A stretch of DNA of 64,000 bases from the NCBI GenBank assembly GCA_002189035.1, contig CM007989.1, positions 7,874,001 to 7,938,000 on the forward strand, in the 5' to 3' direction. Both the position numbers and the translations under genes were made by a program. A model generated the notes under the pieces. The model searched no databases. It worked only from the letters and a program-made list of their open reading frames with translations, and was not told where the DNA came from. Source of the DNA: Utricularia gibba. Taxonomy: Eukaryota > Plantae > Magnoliophyta. The stretch's first letter is position 1. Each line of letters starts with the position of its first letter. Positions 63,531 to 64,000 of the stretch are shown piece after piece.

Positions 63531-63927
63531 GTGTTTGATATGAAATAATCATAGAGTGTGTTTTTCTTTCACAAATTTGTATATTTGAAAATATTTTAGT
63601 AGAAAAATATGGATGGAAAGAGTATATATTTTAATTGGAAAAATTAAGTTATTATATTTAATTTATTTTGTGTAAAGATGATTATAACATATTTTTTTAA
63701 TTGTAGAATATGAAAATGAATAAAATTCTAAAGAAGAAATTAAAAAAAATTGGAGTCACAAAATAGAAAATTCAATATTGACTTATTTGAATAATAGAAA
63801 TTACTTTTAAAAAAATTATTTTATGTGATTGAAATCTCACATTTCTCATTGCATTTAATTTCTCAAATATTACACATTAGAAATTCTATAGTTATAATTT
63901 CTAAACCAATGAAATTCTATCAAACAC
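63531..63927. mobile_element. Possible degenerate MITE-like element, 397 bp, very AT-rich
   Basis: Perfect 10-bp inverted ends GTGTTTGATA (63531-63540) and TATCAAACAC (63918-63927); related TGTTTGGTA/TACCAAA words flank other AT-rich spacers. No clear target-site duplication. Confidence 0.3.
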
Positions 63928-64000
63928 TCATCAGGATCGAGGTGAAGCGTGACGCAGGGATGGCGTAAGCCAACCATGGGCTGGTCCGGAGCTTATTGTA

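Noticed and set aside
1-64000. CRISPR arrays, prokaryotic defence systems, rRNA, transposase or RT genes, and the many antisense ORFs in the ORF track
   Set aside because: No repeat-spacer arrays or such motifs were seen. The DNA is spliceosomal-intron plant nuclear sequence, and the overlapping ORFs are shadows of real exons.

Overview
Nuclear DNA of a flowering plant (eudicot) with a very compact genome. I can support 22 intron-containing or single-exon protein genes and 3 RNA genes in 64 kb (about one gene per 2.6 kb). Introns are short, spacers are extremely AT-rich, and there are no transposon ORFs. This density suggests a Lentibulariaceae-like (Utricularia/Genlisea) genome, which is inference only. 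Protein genes in order: IQD, starch synthase I, TBC/RabGAP, IPK1, CID (PAM2-RRM), VFB/SKIP2-type F-box, DUF3598-like, DUS1, CDF-type Dof, PIRL, PP7, HemD-like, tafazzin-like acyltransferase, RABF2, periplasmic-binding-like protein, ATG5, REVEILLE, KANADI, aspartic protease, a small unknown protein, condensin CAP-G and an R2R3-MYB. Not in the ORF track: U4 snRNA, tRNA-Gly(CCC) and SRP (7SL) RNA; U4 and SRP have USE+TATA promoters. About ten apparent 1-nt deletions, nine clearly in G/C runs, break otherwise intact genes and look like assembly errors. The best novelty candidate is the RabGAP locus: two same-phase first exons give either a membrane-anchored N-terminus or a Ser-rich soluble one preceded by a uORF. 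Other candidates are a CDF lacking the FKF1-binding motif, an SRP gene 100 bp upstream of an intronless HemD-like gene with an apparently spliced 3' UTR, and a possible RabGAP::tRNA-Gly dicistronic transcript. No CRISPR or prokaryotic system is present. All family assignments come from motif recognition; no searches were run.
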